A stretch of 64,000 nt of DNA from an uncultured delta proteobacterium (lineage in GTDB: Bacteria > Myxococcota_A > Polyangia > Polyangiales > Polyangiaceae). The notes under the pieces are model-generated. The model was given only the letters and a program-made list of their open reading frames with translations. It was not told the origin of the DNA and ran no database searches. The DNA is taken from assembly GCA_963841435.1 (NCBI GenBank), contig CAWJCS010000006.1, positions 32,001 to 96,000 of the forward strand, read 5' to 3'. Positions 39,170 to 49,780 of this stretch are shown piece after piece (positions within the stretch are counted from its first letter, which is position 1; every line of letters begins with the position of its first letter). The translations under genes were made by a program, and so were the position numbers.

Positions 39170-40533
39170 ATGATGAAAGAGCTTGCTCGGCGCAGCCATG
39201 CGAGTCGTCCTCTTGGCAGCGCGCTCGGCCTCGCGGTGGCGGTGGGTGTGGCGGCGTGCGTCAGCGGTCAGGTCGGTGATGACGCTCCGGGCAGGGGCGG
39301 CAGCATGAGCGTTGGGGGTGCGGGCGCCGGCGGCGTCGCAGGCTCGCTGGCTTCGGGCGGCTCCGTCCAGTCCGGGGGTGCCGGCGCGCTTTCAACGGGT
39401 GGGAGCACGAGCGGCGCGAGCGGTACGGGTGCGACGAGTGGCACCGCTGGCCTCTCGAGCGGCGGCTCGTCTGGAACCGGTGCCGGGACAGGGGGCACGC
39501 TCGCGGGTAGCGCGGGTTTCGCCGGAAACTCGGCGGGCGGTACGAGCGGCGGGGCCGGTCTCGGTGGCGCGAGCGGCGGCTCGGGCGGCAGCTCTGGCTC
39601 GACCTCCTGCTCGGACACGCCGCCGAACAACGGCGGTACCTGCGAGGATGCCGTGAGCTTCGGCTGGTGCGGCCAGGACTGGATGGCCGGCGCCTGCATG
39701 CAGACCTGCGGCACGTGCACCGGCGGTTCGGGTGGGTCGAGCGGAATGGCAGCGGGGGGTCGAGCGGCAGCGGTGGCTCGAGCGGCAGTGGCGGGTCGAG
39801 CGGCAGCGGTGGCTCGAGCGGCTCGGGAGGCAATGTCGCCCCGCCACCCGACATCCAGGGAGGCCAGAATGCCTGGGCGTCACGCTACTGGGATTGCTGC
39901 AAGCCGGCGTGCGGCTGGAAGGCCAACGTTCGCAACGGCAACCCGATGCAGGCGTGTAGCCAACAGAACCAGCGCCTTTCGGACAACGACGCCAGGAACG
40001 CCTGCGAATCCGGAGGCAGCGCCTACATGTGCTGGGACGGCGCACCGTGGGACGTCGGTGACAGCCTTTCGTACGGGTTCGCTGCCGCCTCGTCCAACAA
40101 CTACGTTTGCGGGCGCTGCTTCCACATCCAGTTCACCGGCAGCACCCACAACGCTGGCAACAACGCCGGTGCGGCGGCGCTCAAGGGAAAGCACATGATC
40201 GTGCAGGTCATCAACAACGGTGGCGTCGCCGCCGATCAGTTCGACCTGCTCATCCCCGGCGGCGGAGTCGGCGCGCTCAACGCCTGCTCGACCCAATGGG
40301 GTTCGTCCGATCTCGGCGCGCAGTACGGCGGCTTTCTCGCGGGCTGCAATGGCGACAAGAGCTGCGTCCAGCAGAAGTGCAGCTCGGTGTTCGCGGGCAA
40401 GCCCGACTTGCTCGCGGGTTGTGACTGGTTTCTGGGCTGGTTCCAGGGCGCCGACAACCCGAGCTTCGTCTACCAGCAGATCGCGTGCCCGTCGGCGATC
40501 ACGCAGCGCTCGGGCCTGGCGGATCCGGGCTGA
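39170..40533 (+). CDS. Lipoprotein GH45 endoglucanase with Gly/Ser linkers and a small six-Cys module, with a one-base frameshift at ~39745
   Basis: Lipobox VAAC; catalytic motifs SRYWDCCKPACGW and QFDLLIPGGGVG, plus SYGFAA, GAQYGG. Adding one A at GGAAT restores the frame. Confidence 0.88.
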
Positions 40534-40547
40534 GCTTTCCGAGCGCG

Positions 40548-41966
40548 TCAGTGCATGATGCCCGCGCCGACGCTCCAGCCGAAATAGTCGCGCGCGCGGT
40601 CGATGGCGCCGCTCACGCGGAACATCGTGCCTTCGTCGTAGAGGCCGAACACCGAGGAGGTCAACACCTTCACGTCGAAGCCCCCCGTCCCGTGGACGCG
40701 GCGCGAGCCGGACACGAAACGGGTCGGCTCGAGGTACGAGCCGGCGCGCAGCACGAGCCAGGTCGGGATCACCTCCGCCTCGGCGCCCGCCCGGATCGCC
40801 AGCGACGCGTGCCGCCCTGCGCGCCGTACGGTCTGCGACAGCATCGACTCCATGCTCACGGCGTTGTGGACGGCGCCGCTCAGCAGCGCCGACGCCGAGA
40901 GCAGCACGCGCCGGCGCGGCAGCTTGGCGTAGCGGACCTTGAGCAGGCGCCGCGCGCCGCGGAAGGGGGGCTCACGGACGCTGTTCTTGGTGCGAACGTA
41001 GGGCTCGCTGTCCTCGCGTGGGATCGTGTCTTCGTTGACCCAGCGCAAGTTGAAGGGCCGCGGACCGAGCTGGACGGCGACGCCGCCCTCGACCTCCCAG
41101 GGGAGATCCAGCCGGCTCGGCAGGTAGATGTTGCCGACGACACGGTCGCCAGCCTGGTCCGGCGCGATTCGACCGTCATCGCCGAACACTCGCGCGACCG
41201 GTGAGCGGACCGCCACGCCGACGCGCACGGGCAGCGGGGCCGGCGCCCAGAGGAGACCGCCCTGAACGCCCGCGCTGTTCGCGTTCACGAGCAGCCGCTC
41301 GTCGCCGACGGGCTCGCCACCTGCCGTCGTGCCCCCGACGCCGAAGAAGCTCGCGATGCGCAGCCCGAGGCCGAGATGGATCTCCTCGCCCGGCAGCGCA
41401 TAGGAGATGACGGGCTCGGCCTCGAGCAGCCGGATCTTCACGGCCACGATGACCTCGTTCGTGTTCGCGAGCGGCACCGGCTCGCCGGGCACGCCCAGCT
41501 CGTAGTTCTGGAACGATCCGAGCACGCCCAAGCCCACCCGCTGGTGCTGAAGGAGGGCCCCGGCCGAGACCCAGACGAAACGGTCGTAGACGAAGCCGAC
41601 GTTGCCGTCGTTGTCGAAGTCGGTCTTGTTCACGGAAGCGGGCAGCGTGATCCCGGCCGTGAGATCGTAGTCGTCCGGCGTCGTCGAGTAGGGCGGCCTC
41701 AGCGAGACGGCCGCGGGGTTGTACTGGATTCCTTCGGTGCCTTCGGCGATGGCGGTGTACGCGCCCGAGAGCCCGACGATTCGCGTCGTGGAGAGCACGG
41801 GCCCCTGGAAAAGGTCGACGGCGTAGTTGCTCGTCGCGATGCGCGAGCCCTCGGGCCCGAGTGGACCGCCGGCTCGTGCTTTCGGGCCCACGCCGAGCAT
41901 CGCGAGCAGCCCGAGCGCGCAGGCCCGAACACGCTTCGCGCGACTCGTCCGGCGTCTTTCGGGCAC
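40548..41966 (-). CDS. Putative outer-membrane beta-barrel protein (FadL/PorV-like N-terminal hatch motif)
   Basis: Signal peptide ending PKARA; RIVGLSGAYTAIAEG..GIQYNPAA; alternating beta-strand pattern; ends WSVGAGIMH. Confidence 0.55.
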   Translation of the reverse strand: MPERRRTSRAKRVRACALGLLAMLGVGPKARAGGPLGPEGSRIATSNYAVDLFQGPVLSTTRIVGLSGAYTAIAEGTEGIQYNPAAVSLRPPYSTTPDDYDLTAGITLPASVNKTDFDNDGNVGFVYDRFVWVSAGALLQHQRVGLGVLGSFQNYELGVPGEPVPLANTNEVIVAVKIRLLEAEPVISYALPGEEIHLGLGLRIASFFGVGGTTAGGEPVGDERLLVNANSAGVQGGLLWAPAPLPVRVGVAVRSPVARVFGDDGRIAPDQAGDRVVGNIYLPSRLDLPWEVEGGVAVQLGPRPFNLRWVNEDTIPREDSEPYVRTKNSVREPPFRGARRLLKVRYAKLPRRRVLLSASALLSGAVHNAVSMESMLSQTVRRAGRHASLAIRAGAEAEVIPTWLVLRAGSYLEPTRFVSGSRRVHGTGGFDVKVLTSSVFGLYDEGTMFRVSGAIDRARDYFGWSVGAGIMH

Positions 41967-42050
41967 GTCGCGAGGATACGGCGAGCAGGGAGCGTGCGGC
42001 CAGCCGTCGGCGCTTGCCGTCCTCGGCCGTAGGGGCAAAGCTCCTCCGCC

Positions 42051-43946
42051 ATGGGAAAGCCGGTCGAACGTCACGAATTCATGGCCGAGGTGAAAGAGCT
42101 CCTCGACCTCATGATTCACTCGCTCTACTCGGACAAGGACATCTTTCTCCGAGAGCTCGTCTCGAACGCGTCGGATGCTCTCGACAAGCTACGTTTCGAG
42201 GCGCTCACGCGCCCCGAGCTCTCGAGTGACGCTCCGCTCATCGAGCTGACGATCGACGAGGAACGTCGGACGCTGTCGATCGCCGACAATGGCATCGGCA
42301 TGACGCGCGCCGAGGTCGTGTCCAACATCGGCACGATCGCGAAGAGCGGCACGCGCGAGTTTCTGGCCGCCGTCAGAAAAGGGGGACACAAGGACCTGCC
42401 CCCCGAGCTCATCGGACAATTCGGGGTGGGCTTCTATTCGGCCTTCATGGTGTCGGACAAGCTCGAGCTCACGACGAGGCGTGCGGGCGAGACCGAGGTC
42501 ACCCATTGGGAATCCGGCGGGGACGGCGCCTACACGCTCGGCGACGGCGAGCGCGCGACGGCGGGCACCACCGTGACGCTCCACCTCAAAGCAGTCAACA
42601 CCGAGCAGGGAATCCACGACTACACCGACTTTTTCGTGCTGCGCGGCATCGTCAAGCGCTACTCGGACTTCGTCGCCTACCCGATCCGCGTGAAGGGAGC
42701 GAAGGGAAAGAGCGCCGAGGCCGCCGACGAGCCCCTGAACTCGATGAAGGCCATTTGGGATCGCCCGAAGAACGAAGTGACCGAGGCAGAGTACAAGGAA
42801 TTTTACCACCACATCTCACACGATTTCGCCGATCCGCTCGCGACGATCCCGATTCGGCTCGAAGGCACGCTGGAGGCGTATGCGCTCGTCTACCTGCCGC
42901 GCCGCGCGCCGTTCGATCTCTACAATCCCGAGATGAAGCGCGGGGTGCAGCTCTACGTGAAGCGCGTTTTCGTGATGGACGAATGTCGGGAGCTCTTGCC
43001 GCCCTGGCTCCGATTCGTCCGTGGCGTCGTCGACGCGCACGACCTGTCGCTGAACGTGTCGCGCGAGATCCTGCAGAAGGACCGCCAGATCCAGATCATC
43101 GGCAAGCAGATCGTGCGTCGGGTGCTCGGCGAGCTCAGGGACATGAAACGCGACAAGCCCGACGACTACCTCTCGTTCTGGGCGGAGCTCGGACCCGTGC
43201 TCAAGGAAGGCTTGCTCGCACCGGATGCCGATCAGGAGGCCCTGCTCGGGCTGCTGCTCGCGCGATCGACGGCGAGCTCCTCGCTCACGAGCCTCGAGGA
43301 AGCGGTCGGGCGCATGAAGGAGGGGCAGGATGCGCTCTATTTTCTCACCGGTCCGACGGCGGAGCAGGTCTCGAAGTCGCCCGTGCTCGAGCGTTTCACC
43401 CAGAAGGGTTACGAGGTGCTGCTGTTCTCGGATCCGATCGACGAGATCTGGCTCGATCGCTCCTTGACCTTCCAGGGAAAGTCGCTGAGGTCCGTGGGTC
43501 ACGGCGAGATCGAGCTCGGGTCCGAAGAGGAGAAGAAGCGCGAGGCGGAGGCACTCAAGGAGAAACAGGAACGGTACTCCGACCTGCTCTCGTGTCTGCG
43601 CGTCCACCTGCAAGAGGAGATCAAAGAGGTACGGCTCTCGAACCGGCTCACCTCCTCGGCGGCGTGCCTGGTCGGCGACGAGCACGATCCGAGCCCCCGC
43701 GTGCAGCGGCTGCTCCAGCAGCTGGGACAGCAACCGCCGAAGACGAAGCGCATCCTCGAGCTCAATCCCACCCACCCGCTCGTCGAGAAGCTCGAGGGCA
43801 TCTTCCGGACGAACCCGGCCGACCCGCGGCTTGCCGAGGCCGCCGCCCTGCTGCTCGGCCAGGCGCACCTGGCCGAATCCGGGGAGTTACCCGATGCGGC
43901 GTCTTTCAGTCGGGCGCTCGGAGAAATGATGCTCCGCGGGCTCTGA
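42051..43946 (+). CDS. htpG: Chaperone HtpG (Hsp90)
   Basis: [61 protein letters not shown]. Confidence 0.97.
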
Positions 43947-43961
43947 GCCGTCCCCGGAGCC

Positions 43962-45368
43962 GTGCAGAGCAGGGAATCGAGCAGTCGCGGCTACGTGATC
44001 AGCGGCGACCGGGGCTTTTTGGATCACGCCGGCGCCGAGCTTCTTGCCTACGAGCAGAACCTCGCTGTCGCGCGCGAGCTGGTCCGGGATAGCCCGGCGC
44101 AGGCAAAGCGTATGAGCGAGCTCGACGCGCTCGCCCGCGGCAAGCTCGAATTCGTCGCCGCCAACGTGGCGCTCCGCGATGAGGGCGACACCGTCGTGGT
44201 AGCGCGGCGCGTGGCGGGTCGCCACGGCAAGCAACTGATGGACGAGCTGCGCCGCAAGTCCGCCGAGATGGAGGTGGCCGAGCGCCACGACCTCGAGCGT
44301 CTTTCGGCGACCGCTGCGCGAACGGAACGCGACGGCGTGCTGGCCGTCGGGGCCACGGCGCTCGCGATCTTGTTGTTGCTCGCGCAGAGCGTCGTCAGAG
44401 CGCGTCGCGACGCCACCGAGCTACTGCACACGAGCGAGGAGCTCCGGCGCAGTGAAGAAAGCTATCGAGTGCTGATCGAGCACTCCGGCGACCTCGTCAG
44501 GTTGCACGGCGCCGACGGCCACCCGTTCTTCGTCAGCCCATCGGCGAAGCACTTGCTCGACTACAGCCCCGCCGAATGCGTGGCAGCGGCGCCCTACGCG
44601 CTCGTGCACCCCGAGGACGCTGGTACGGCCAAGTACATGCTCGGCCGCCTGCAATCGGGAGAGCTGCGCGGCGGGTCGGTGACCTACCGCTTGCGGCGCC
44701 GCGACGGCGAATACCGCTGGTTCGAGTTCAACATGACGCGCGTGGACGCCGCCGACGGCAGCTTCCGCCACTACCAATCGTCCGGTCGCGACGTGACGGT
44801 GCGCCGGCGGCTGGAGCAGCGGCTGGCCGAGCAGACCGAGGCGCTGCGCAACCTCTCGCTGCGCGACGGCCTGACCGGTCTCTACAACCGGCGCGGGTTG
44901 CTCGAGCTCTCGGCGCAGGTGGTGCGCGTCGCCGAACGCGAGCAGCATTCGCTGCTCGTGTTGTTCGCCGACCTCGACGGGCTAAAGGCGATCAACGATC
45001 GCCTCGGGCACGAGCAGGGCGACTGCGCGATTCGCGAAGCCGCCGAGATCTTGCGGGCTACCTGCCGAGCCACCGACATCGTGGCGCGCCTCGGTGGAGA
45101 CGAGTTCGTCGTTTTGGCGAGCAACGTGGACGAAGCAGGCATCGAGATCCTCAAGCAGCGGCTCGGGCGGGCCGTCGAGGAGGCCAACGACACCCCGGCG
45201 CGCTCGTTCCCGTTCGCCTTCAGCCTCGGCGTTGCGCGCTACGACCCCACGGGGCCGCTGCCCATCGAGACGCTCATCGCCGAGGCCGACGCCCGCATGT
45301 ACGAGGCGAAAGTCGCGCGTCGTCGCGGCGAGGGACGTGACAGCCGTCCCTTGACGGGCGCCGTCTGA
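43962..45368 (+). CDS. Diguanylate cyclase (partial CHASE3 - TM - PAS - GGDEF), apparently 5'-truncated
   Basis: RGYVISGD, GKQLMDELR (CHASE3); PAS VHPED...DGEYRW; DGLTGLYNRR, RATD I-site, LGGDEF. Confidence 0.85.
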   Translation: MQSRESSSRGYVISGDRGFLDHAGAELLAYEQNLAVARELVRDSPAQAKRMSELDALARGKLEFVAANVALRDEGDTVVVARRVAGRHGKQLMDELRRKSAEMEVAERHDLERLSATAARTERDGVLAVGATALAILLLLAQSVVRARRDATELLHTSEELRRSEESYRVLIEHSGDLVRLHGADGHPFFVSPSAKHLLDYSPAECVAAAPYALVHPEDAGTAKYMLGRLQSGELRGGSVTYRLRRRDGEYRWFEFNMTRVDAADGSFRHYQSSGRDVTVRRRLEQRLAEQTEALRNLSLRDGLTGLYNRRGLLELSAQVVRVAEREQHSLLVLFADLDGLKAINDRLGHEQGDCAIREAAEILRATCRATDIVARLGGDEFVVLASNVDEAGIEILKQRLGRAVEEANDTPARSFPFAFSLGVARYDPTGPLPIETLIAEADARMYEAKVARRRGEGRDSRPLTGAV

Positions 45369-45472
45369 CCACGCGGTCGCGCGGTCTCGGTGTCGCAGGT
45401 TTTCCCACAGCGCCCGACTCATGCGCGCTCGAGTTGGAAAAATCGGCGCCGTGTCGCCACTTACCGGAGTGC

Positions 45473-46666
45473 ATGCACCCAGGCGACGCGCTCGAGGCCG
45501 GATCCCGCCTGAGCATCGGTCGCGAGTCCTGTGACGACGCCGTGCTCGTCGTTGACGACGACGCCCTGTCGCTCCGCGCGCTTTCGCGGTGCTTGCGCGG
45601 GCTGCCCTGCGTCCAAGCGTTCGAAACGGGCCGCGCCGCCGTCAACCGCGTGAGGCAGGGCGGCGTCACCGTCGTCCTGTGTGATATCCGCATGCCGGGC
45701 ATGTCCGGCATCGAGCTGCTCCGGGAGCTCCACTGGGTCGACCCCGACCTTCCCGTCGTGCTCGTGACAGGCTCGCCGACCATCGCCACGGCCCAGCTCG
45801 CGATCGAGCACGGTGCGTTCCGCTACCTGCCGAAGCCCTGCGAGGCGTCGCTCGTGACCGCGACCGTCGCATTGGCGAAGCAGGCCTACCGGTCGTCGCG
45901 CTCACGGCGCCTGGCTCTGGAACGCCTGGGGCGCACCATCGCCTCCGACCGTGTGGGGTTTCGTCCCACGTTCGACAGTGCCGTCGAGTCACTCTGGATG
46001 GCCTTTCAACCCATCGTGTCGGCGTCCGGGCGCTCGGTGTTCGGCTATGAGGCGCTGCTACGCGGTCCGGACGGCGCTCTCTCCGACGCCACGGCGCTGC
46101 TCCAGGCCGCGGAGCGACTCGGGGCAATCGAAGCCCTGGGTCGCCAGGCGCGCCGCCGCGCCGCGGAACAGTTCCTCTCGGCCCCTGGTGAGCCCCTCCT
46201 GTTCGTCAATCTCCACCCGAAGGATCTCGGTGACCCGGATCTGCTCGACCCCGGCTCGGCCCTCGCGAAAATGGCGCATCGCGTCGTGCTCGAGATCACC
46301 GAGCACGCGTCGCTCGACGCTCCGGCCGAGCTCAAGGCGCGCATCGCGGCGCTGCGCGCGCTCGGCTTCCGCATCGCGATTGACGATCTCGGCAGTGGCT
46401 ATTCGGGGCTGTCCAACGTTGCGCTGCTCGAGCCGGACATCGTCAAGGTCGATATGACCCTCACGCGAGACATCGAGCACAGCCCCGTGAAGCAGAAGCT
46501 GGTCTCGTCGCTCGTTGGCATGTGTCGGGACATGGGGATGGCCTGCGTGATCGAGGGCGTGGAGACGGACGCGGAGCGCCACACGCTGACCGGCCTGGGG
46601 TGCGACCTCTTGCAGGGATTCTTCTTCGCGCGACCCGAGCGCGATTTTCCGACGCCGAGCTTCTGA
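45473..46666 (+). CDS. Response regulator with EAL phosphodiesterase domain (REC-EAL)
   Basis: VVDDD, CDIRMPGMSG, YLPKP; FQPIV, YEALLR, LEITE, IDDLGSGYS, VKVD, EGVE, LQGF. Confidence 0.92.
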   Translation: MHPGDALEAGSRLSIGRESCDDAVLVVDDDALSLRALSRCLRGLPCVQAFETGRAAVNRVRQGGVTVVLCDIRMPGMSGIELLRELHWVDPDLPVVLVTGSPTIATAQLAIEHGAFRYLPKPCEASLVTATVALAKQAYRSSRSRRLALERLGRTIASDRVGFRPTFDSAVESLWMAFQPIVSASGRSVFGYEALLRGPDGALSDATALLQAAERLGAIEALGRQARRRAAEQFLSAPGEPLLFVNLHPKDLGDPDLLDPGSALAKMAHRVVLEITEHASLDAPAELKARIAALRALGFRIAIDDLGSGYSGLSNVALLEPDIVKVDMTLTRDIEHSPVKQKLVSSLVGMCRDMGMACVIEGVETDAERHTLTGLGCDLLQGFFFARPERDFPTPSF

Positions 46667-46696
46667 AGGCCCGAAGCCGCGGGCGCCCGGAGCGGC

Positions 46697-48184
46697 CTAC
46701 TGCGTCACTGTGTACTCGTGGAGCACCGTGCCGCCGAGCGCCATGAAGGAGACGTGCACGTCGTCGGGTGTCACGTCGACCTTGGCCCAGCCCGAGTCGC
46801 CCCAGTAGTCGATGTAACCCGTTTCGGAGGTGGTGAACGTCCAAATCGCGCCGGCGTTGCCCGGATCCGTGTAGTGGATTCCGTCGACCGCCATGTCGAC
46901 GAACACGTGGTCGTGGCCGTAAAAGAAGATCTGCACGCCGTGCTCGAGCATGAGCTCGTGCACGATCGCCTGCTCGCCGACGTATGCCGCCTGGCCGCCG
47001 CCGCGACCGTATGCCGAGTTCGCGTCGTTGCCGGCCATGCCACCCACGGTGTGGTGGATGAAGAGGAAGCGCCACTTGCTGGTCGCGTTCTCGAGCGTCT
47101 TCCTGAGCCAGGCGAGCTGCACGGAGCCGAGCGTCCAATCGTCGGGTAGCCCCGGGCTCGTCGAGAGCAGGTGCGCGGTCGGCGTGTAAGTCATCACGTT
47201 GAGCACGACACAGAGAGCGTCTCCCCAGGTGAAGGCGTAGTAGTCCTCGCCGGCGCCCCCGCCTTCGGGGTAGGTGGCGGGCGTGGGGCCCGGCACGTAG
47301 AGCATGCGCTCGGTGCGCGACCTTTGGATCTCCTCCTCGGTGTAGCTGCCGTTTTCGCCCTCCCAGTTGCCGATCACCGGGAAGTGGGCGGTGTTGGCGC
47401 CCGTATCGCCGTATTGCGCGCGGAAATTGAGGTACGCGAGCCGGCTGATCGACGTATCGGGCGGCGGCGAATTGAAGCCGTACTGGTGGTAGTCGAGCAT
47501 GTCGCCGAGGTGCACCATGAAATCCGGCGCCGCGCTGCCGATCTCGGCGCTCACCGCCGCCATGACGTTCTCGTCGCCCTGGTTCGTGTACGAAAGGTCG
47601 GAGCCGATGTGTGTGTCCGACAGCAGCGCGAAGCGGAAAGGCTCGCCCGGGGGCCGCGCCGTGACGGCGCTGCCCGTGGAGACGACGGCGCCGCTCGACG
47701 CGTCGATCACCTGGTACTCGTAGCTCGTTCCCGGCTCGAGCTCCTCGAAACGCCACTCGGCGAGATCCGGCGCCGGGGTCTCTGCCGCGAGGGACCTCCG
47801 GTAGCTCTGCTGGCCCTCGGGGCGCACGCGAGCGCGCAGGACGCTCGGATCGCCATCGGCGAGGGCCACGCTGACCCCAAAGCTATCGGGTGTCGGCGCG
47901 ATCACGAGCGGCGCGCCGACGAGCACGACGCTCGACGCCGTGGCGCCGCCTTCACCGCCGGCGCCGAAGGTCTCGCCCCCTTCACCGCCGGCGCCGGTCT
48001 CCGCCGCGGTGCCTGCGCCTCCGCCGACGGCGCCGCCCACGCCGTCAGCCGGGCCAGCGGGGAGCACGTCGACGCTGCTGGTACAGGCAGCGCCCACGAG
48101 CGCTCCGACGAGCCCGATATGCGCGAGCGGGCCGCAAAAAGGTCCGAAGACCACCAACCAAGCTCGAGCGAAGCGAGGGATCAC
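46697..48184 (-). CDS. Lipoprotein metallophosphoesterase (FN3-like + calcineurin-like / purple-acid-phosphatase-like)
   Basis: Lipobox GAAC, Gly linker; LEPGTSYEY; SDTH, LGD, GNWE, HH, GHDH. The start codon is uncertain. Confidence 0.8.
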   Translation of the reverse strand: MIPRFARAWLVVFGPFCGPLAHIGLVGALVGAACTSSVDVLPAGPADGVGGAVGGGAGTAAETGAGGEGGETFGAGGEGGATASSVVLVGAPLVIAPTPDSFGVSVALADGDPSVLRARVRPEGQQSYRRSLAAETPAPDLAEWRFEELEPGTSYEYQVIDASSGAVVSTGSAVTARPPGEPFRFALLSDTHIGSDLSYTNQGDENVMAAVSAEIGSAAPDFMVHLGDMLDYHQYGFNSPPPDTSISRLAYLNFRAQYGDTGANTAHFPVIGNWEGENGSYTEEEIQRSRTERMLYVPGPTPATYPEGGGAGEDYYAFTWGDALCVVLNVMTYTPTAHLLSTSPGLPDDWTLGSVQLAWLRKTLENATSKWRFLFIHHTVGGMAGNDANSAYGRGGGQAAYVGEQAIVHELMLEHGVQIFFYGHDHVFVDMAVDGIHYTDPGNAGAIWTFTTSETGYIDYWGDSGWAKVDVTPDDVHVSFMALGGTVLHEYTVTQ

Positions 48185-48377
48185 CAGGCGTTCTTAGGCT
48201 CACCAGCTGCTCGGGGCAACCTTGCGATCGTCGGGAGGCCGTGCGTCGCGTCGCGGGCTCGATCGAGCTCGGGTCCCCGCGCATCGCGTGGACTTTTTCC
48301 CCGAGGTTGAAACCCTCGCTCGCATTGCGCGATAACCAGTGGGTCGCGTCGGACGACCCACGCCGCGTCCCATTCGC

Positions 48378-49583
48378 ATGCCTCGCCCGGTCCTCAGCAC
48401 GCTTCGACGCGCGTCACGCTTGCGGTGCTCGCTGCTCGTTGGCGTCGCTCTCGAGCTTGCGGCGTGCCACGCGCCCGACGATTCGAAGTCACCCGGAGGC
48501 GCCGTCGGGGGCGCCGCGGGGACAGCAGGCGGAGCGGGCACGGCGGGCAGCGCGAGTGGCGGAGCGGGCACGGCGGGCAGCGCGGGCGGCGGAGCGGGCA
48601 CGGCGGGCAGCGCGGGCACGGCGGGCGGAGCAGGCACGGCGGGCGGCGGCGTCTGGGCGTGTCCGAAAGGCATCACCGGGCAGCCGACGCTCGGCGGCTC
48701 GCTCGCGCGGGTCGCGAGCGTCCCGCCCCCGGATGCGTTCAACATGGAAAATGCCAACTTCGGCAACGTCGAAGGTCCGGTTTGGATCGGCGACGCGCTC
48801 TACGTGTCGGAGATGAGCGACCTGTCTTACGACTCCGAAAATTCGGAGGTGAAAAAGGCCCGCATCCTCAAGGTCACACCGGGCGGCGAGACCACGATCG
48901 AGATCGCCGATTCGGGCAGCAACGGGCTCGCCGTCGACCGCGACGGCAACATCGTCGCCGCCGTCCACAGGGACGGCAGCCTCACCCGCTACGCCCTGCC
49001 TGGCGGGCAAGCGACGCCCATCGTCACGATGTTCATGGGTGCGCGCTTCGATTCGCCGAACGACCTCGCGATTCGCGCCGACGGCACGATCTACTTCTCG
49101 GACCCGAGCTTCCAGGCCCCGAGCACGCCGCCCCAAGCGGAGACGCGCGTCTATCGCGTGGCCCCGGGCGGCAGCACCGCCGAGCCCATCCCGAACGCGA
49201 CGAGCCCCGATAGGTTCTCCAACCCGAACGGTGTCACGCTGTCGATCGCCGAGGACTACCTTTACGTCGCCGCCGCAAGCGGCCGCCGCTATCCCGTGAT
49301 GGCGGACGGCACGCTCGGCGCGGGCGAAGACTTTCCCGCAACGTCGGGCGGCGACGGCATGGCCGTCGATTGCGCCGGGAACCTCTATGTCGCCCGCCAG
49401 CGCAGCGTCGTCGTCTACACGCCCACGGGCACGATGATCGGGACGATTAGCGTTCCGGAGGTGCAGTCGGCGACGAACGTCGCGTTCGGGGGCATCGACC
49501 ACGAGACGCTCTACGTGACCGGTCTCGGCAACAGGAAGGGCCTCTTCCAGATGGCGCTCGACCTTCCCGGCAGGCCGTACTGA
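48378..49583 (+). CDS. Lipoprotein SMP-30/gluconolactonase-family beta-propeller
   Basis: Lipobox LAAC; GAGTAGSA repeat linker; EGPVW, SNGL, SPNDL, YFSDP, PNGV, DGMAVDCAGNLY, TNVAFGG. Confidence 0.88.
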   Translation: MPRPVLSTLRRASRLRCSLLVGVALELAACHAPDDSKSPGGAVGGAAGTAGGAGTAGSASGGAGTAGSAGGGAGTAGSAGTAGGAGTAGGGVWACPKGITGQPTLGGSLARVASVPPPDAFNMENANFGNVEGPVWIGDALYVSEMSDLSYDSENSEVKKARILKVTPGGETTIEIADSGSNGLAVDRDGNIVAAVHRDGSLTRYALPGGQATPIVTMFMGARFDSPNDLAIRADGTIYFSDPSFQAPSTPPQAETRVYRVAPGGSTAEPIPNATSPDRFSNPNGVTLSIAEDYLYVAAASGRRYPVMADGTLGAGEDFPATSGGDGMAVDCAGNLYVARQRSVVVYTPTGTMIGTISVPEVQSATNVAFGGIDHETLYVTGLGNRKGLFQMALDLPGRPY

Positions 49584-49780
49584 GGGGCGCTGCACCCCGC
49601 AGCCTCGACCCGTGGCACGGCGACGAGGCGCTCGAGGGTGCAAGAACAAACGACCATTTCAAAGCGTCCAAAGTTCTTAGTAGCGTGGCATTCGGTGCGG
49701 CTCGCGGCCGTCGCGACGGGCGGACGCGAGCGAGCGCGCCGGGAGTCGGCGGAGCCGACGGGGCAGGAAGGAGACGACTG

